A stretch of DNA of 64,000 nucleotides from Negaprion brevirostris (taxonomy: Eukaryota). The notes beneath the pieces are model-generated. The model saw only the letters and a program-made list of their open reading frames with translations. It had not been told where the DNA came from and searched no databases. Numbering within the stretch: position 1 is the first letter of the stretch; the number at the start of each line of letters is the position of its first letter. The DNA lies in the NCBI GenBank assembly GCA_030324005.1, contig JARDVH010000042.1, positions 61,275,461 through 61,339,460 on the forward strand. The letters are read 5' to 3'. Position numbers and translations under genes: made by a program. Positions 62,075-64,000 of the stretch are shown here, one piece after another.

Positions 62075-64000
62075 GCTTGTCTTTCTTTTTCAGCAATGCA
62101 ACTTTTGTTATTTGCAACATTTACGACAATTGTTTTGAAGACAGAATAAAGGTTCAATTAAAAACTCTGAAATATAAATTGTAAGCTTTAATAAACACTA
62201 GATTATAAATTGCCCCTTTGCCCTCGATAAAAAAGCGAGGTGTGTGTACACGTTATGTTGATGCAAAATGCCATGAAATTAAAACTGAAGTTTAAGGAAG
62301 GCAATTTTTTTATTAGGCAGCATTGTAATGAGTGTCTTTGACTTTTTATGACAGTGTTTTGTGAATTGCTGTGAAACATTCTGCAGTTACCTCTTTTCTT
62401 GAAGCACTCCTGTAGCTTACAGCTGGTCTTTGAACTCTTAGACCATTTGCCATCAGATTTTAATTTGCTTCTGTGGAGTTCAGCAAACAAGCACCATGGC
62501 CCCTGCTGGGCTGTTGAAAATCTTTAGGTACTCAATCAAAGCAGTAGATAAATTGTCATTTTGTGCATAAAATGTTATAATGGTGTAGACAATGTTGAAT
62601 TGATGGTGTACATGTTGGAAATACGTTGAGTTCATAATGAGTTCAGTATAAATTTTACGGTCATTACAAATACACAATAGGTACTTCTGACTAGACATTC
62701 TACTGTACGATGATTAGAGGCTACAGCTTCTTAATAATAGCTTGACTTTAGAGCCTCTCCTGGGAGCTTGTAAAAGGTCAATTTGAATGTCAATTTAAAA
62801 CAGCCATGTTGTTGAAAATCTCAATTAATAATAGATGAGCTAATCGCGACAGTAGAATTAAGCTTCCAGCAATATTTTTCATGTGTTTTTGTTGATAGGG
62901 TTAACATACTTCTCTAAAATTCTTATCAATTTGAGATTGTCTTGATAACCATTTTTAAAAATTTCTAGACTGTTTAGTATCAGAAATGAGGAATCATTAA
63001 TTATTTCTAGCTTTGATTTGCACCCGATGATTTATTTAGTGGGAATGAAGGTTTCCTATACAAAGCCTTTTAAAAGCCAAGCATTACAATGGAACCTGTT
63101 GATGCTAATACCACTTTGCAGGAATTTAAAAGTAAGAGACAACCTTTAAGGGAAATCAGCCCACAGGCTTTCTGCATGAAATCTGGCTGATATGTGGAAT
63201 CTTTATACCTATTTTCAATTGCTTAATGTTTCATTTGAAAACAGCAGAAATTGAGGTACAGGAAAATAGTGCTAACTGTGTTACCGTAACATATTGTGAA
63301 CTAAGCTATGCATCATATTTGACATGAAGAAAAACAGCATTGTGGATGATTATATTAACTGAGACTCAATAAGTTGGGCTTTAAATACATAGCTGGAACT
63401 GAGCAATGGATGCAGCTCAAAGTGATCTTGGGTTTAACTCCGTGTCTGTGGGGAGTGGTTGGAGTAGTGTGGGAGTCGGGGGAGGTTGATGGACGACTCA
63501 GTGCTTCGTAGAACATGTACAAGTAAATATCTGATGCAAATCAAATTGGGCTGCTGTCTCTTTGTAACAACCTGCTAGCCTCTCTTGTCGAGGTTCTGGC
63601 GTAAGGAATGATCGTTTGAGTCACTACTGTGCAAAACACATGCTTCATTTCATTTTCCATCCCATGTTTTTCCTGGAACAGGTTGCCTGAAGACAGAGGG
63701 TTTGAGGGAGTGCCACTCCATTTCAAACATTGCTGACCAAGAATATCACCGCCACTGCCTGCCTTTAGGTGTATTGTAAGGATTTGTAGATTAATAATTA
63801 ACCTGAAAGTGGTTGTTGGGGGCCAATCATATCAGTCCGAGAAAATTGTTACAGGAATCCTTTGTGGTAGTCTTCTCGGACAACCACTTTCAGTTATTTC
63901 TGTCCATCGTAAGGTCAGAAGTTTTATTGTGTTGTGAAAACACCTTCCATGGCCATCAAGTCCTGAGATGGAGCTTGAACCCAAAGTTTCTGGCTCAGAG

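Noticed and set aside
1-64000. Prokaryotic systems (CRISPR arrays, operons, defence loci)
   Set aside because: The window is intron-rich vertebrate DNA with no regularly spaced repeat-spacer array or gene-dense region.

Overview
Eukaryotic, AT-rich, gap-containing genomic DNA, most likely from an elasmobranch (shark): it carries HE1/V-SINE-type and SacSINE1-like SINEs plus CR1, L2, Rex-Babar, RTE and Penelope relics. The only well-supported gene is the 3' half of casein kinase 1 gamma 3 (CSNK1G3, + strand). It has six core exons from 7966 to the stop at 51091, a 24-nt alternative microexon at 38196-38219, and a 3'UTR of about 2.7 kb. The 5' exons lie upstream of the window. Almost all ORFs in the supplied track are spurious, span N gaps, or are decayed transposon fragments. 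The most unusual signals are: (i) three sequence-distinct minimal type I hammerhead-ribozyme-like motifs tied to Penelope-type terminal repeats, including a TSD-flanked perfect-hairpin element with a hammerhead on each arm; (ii) a 102-nt intron whose GC-AG and GT-AG boundary pairs, offset by 4 nt, give the same mRNA; (iii) a NAGNAG acceptor and a Cys-adding microexon next to the C-terminal CCC motif; (iv) a possible promoter and first exons of an unidentified downstream gene near 61.5-63.1 kb. All calls were made by eye, with no database searches, and repeat boundaries are approximate.
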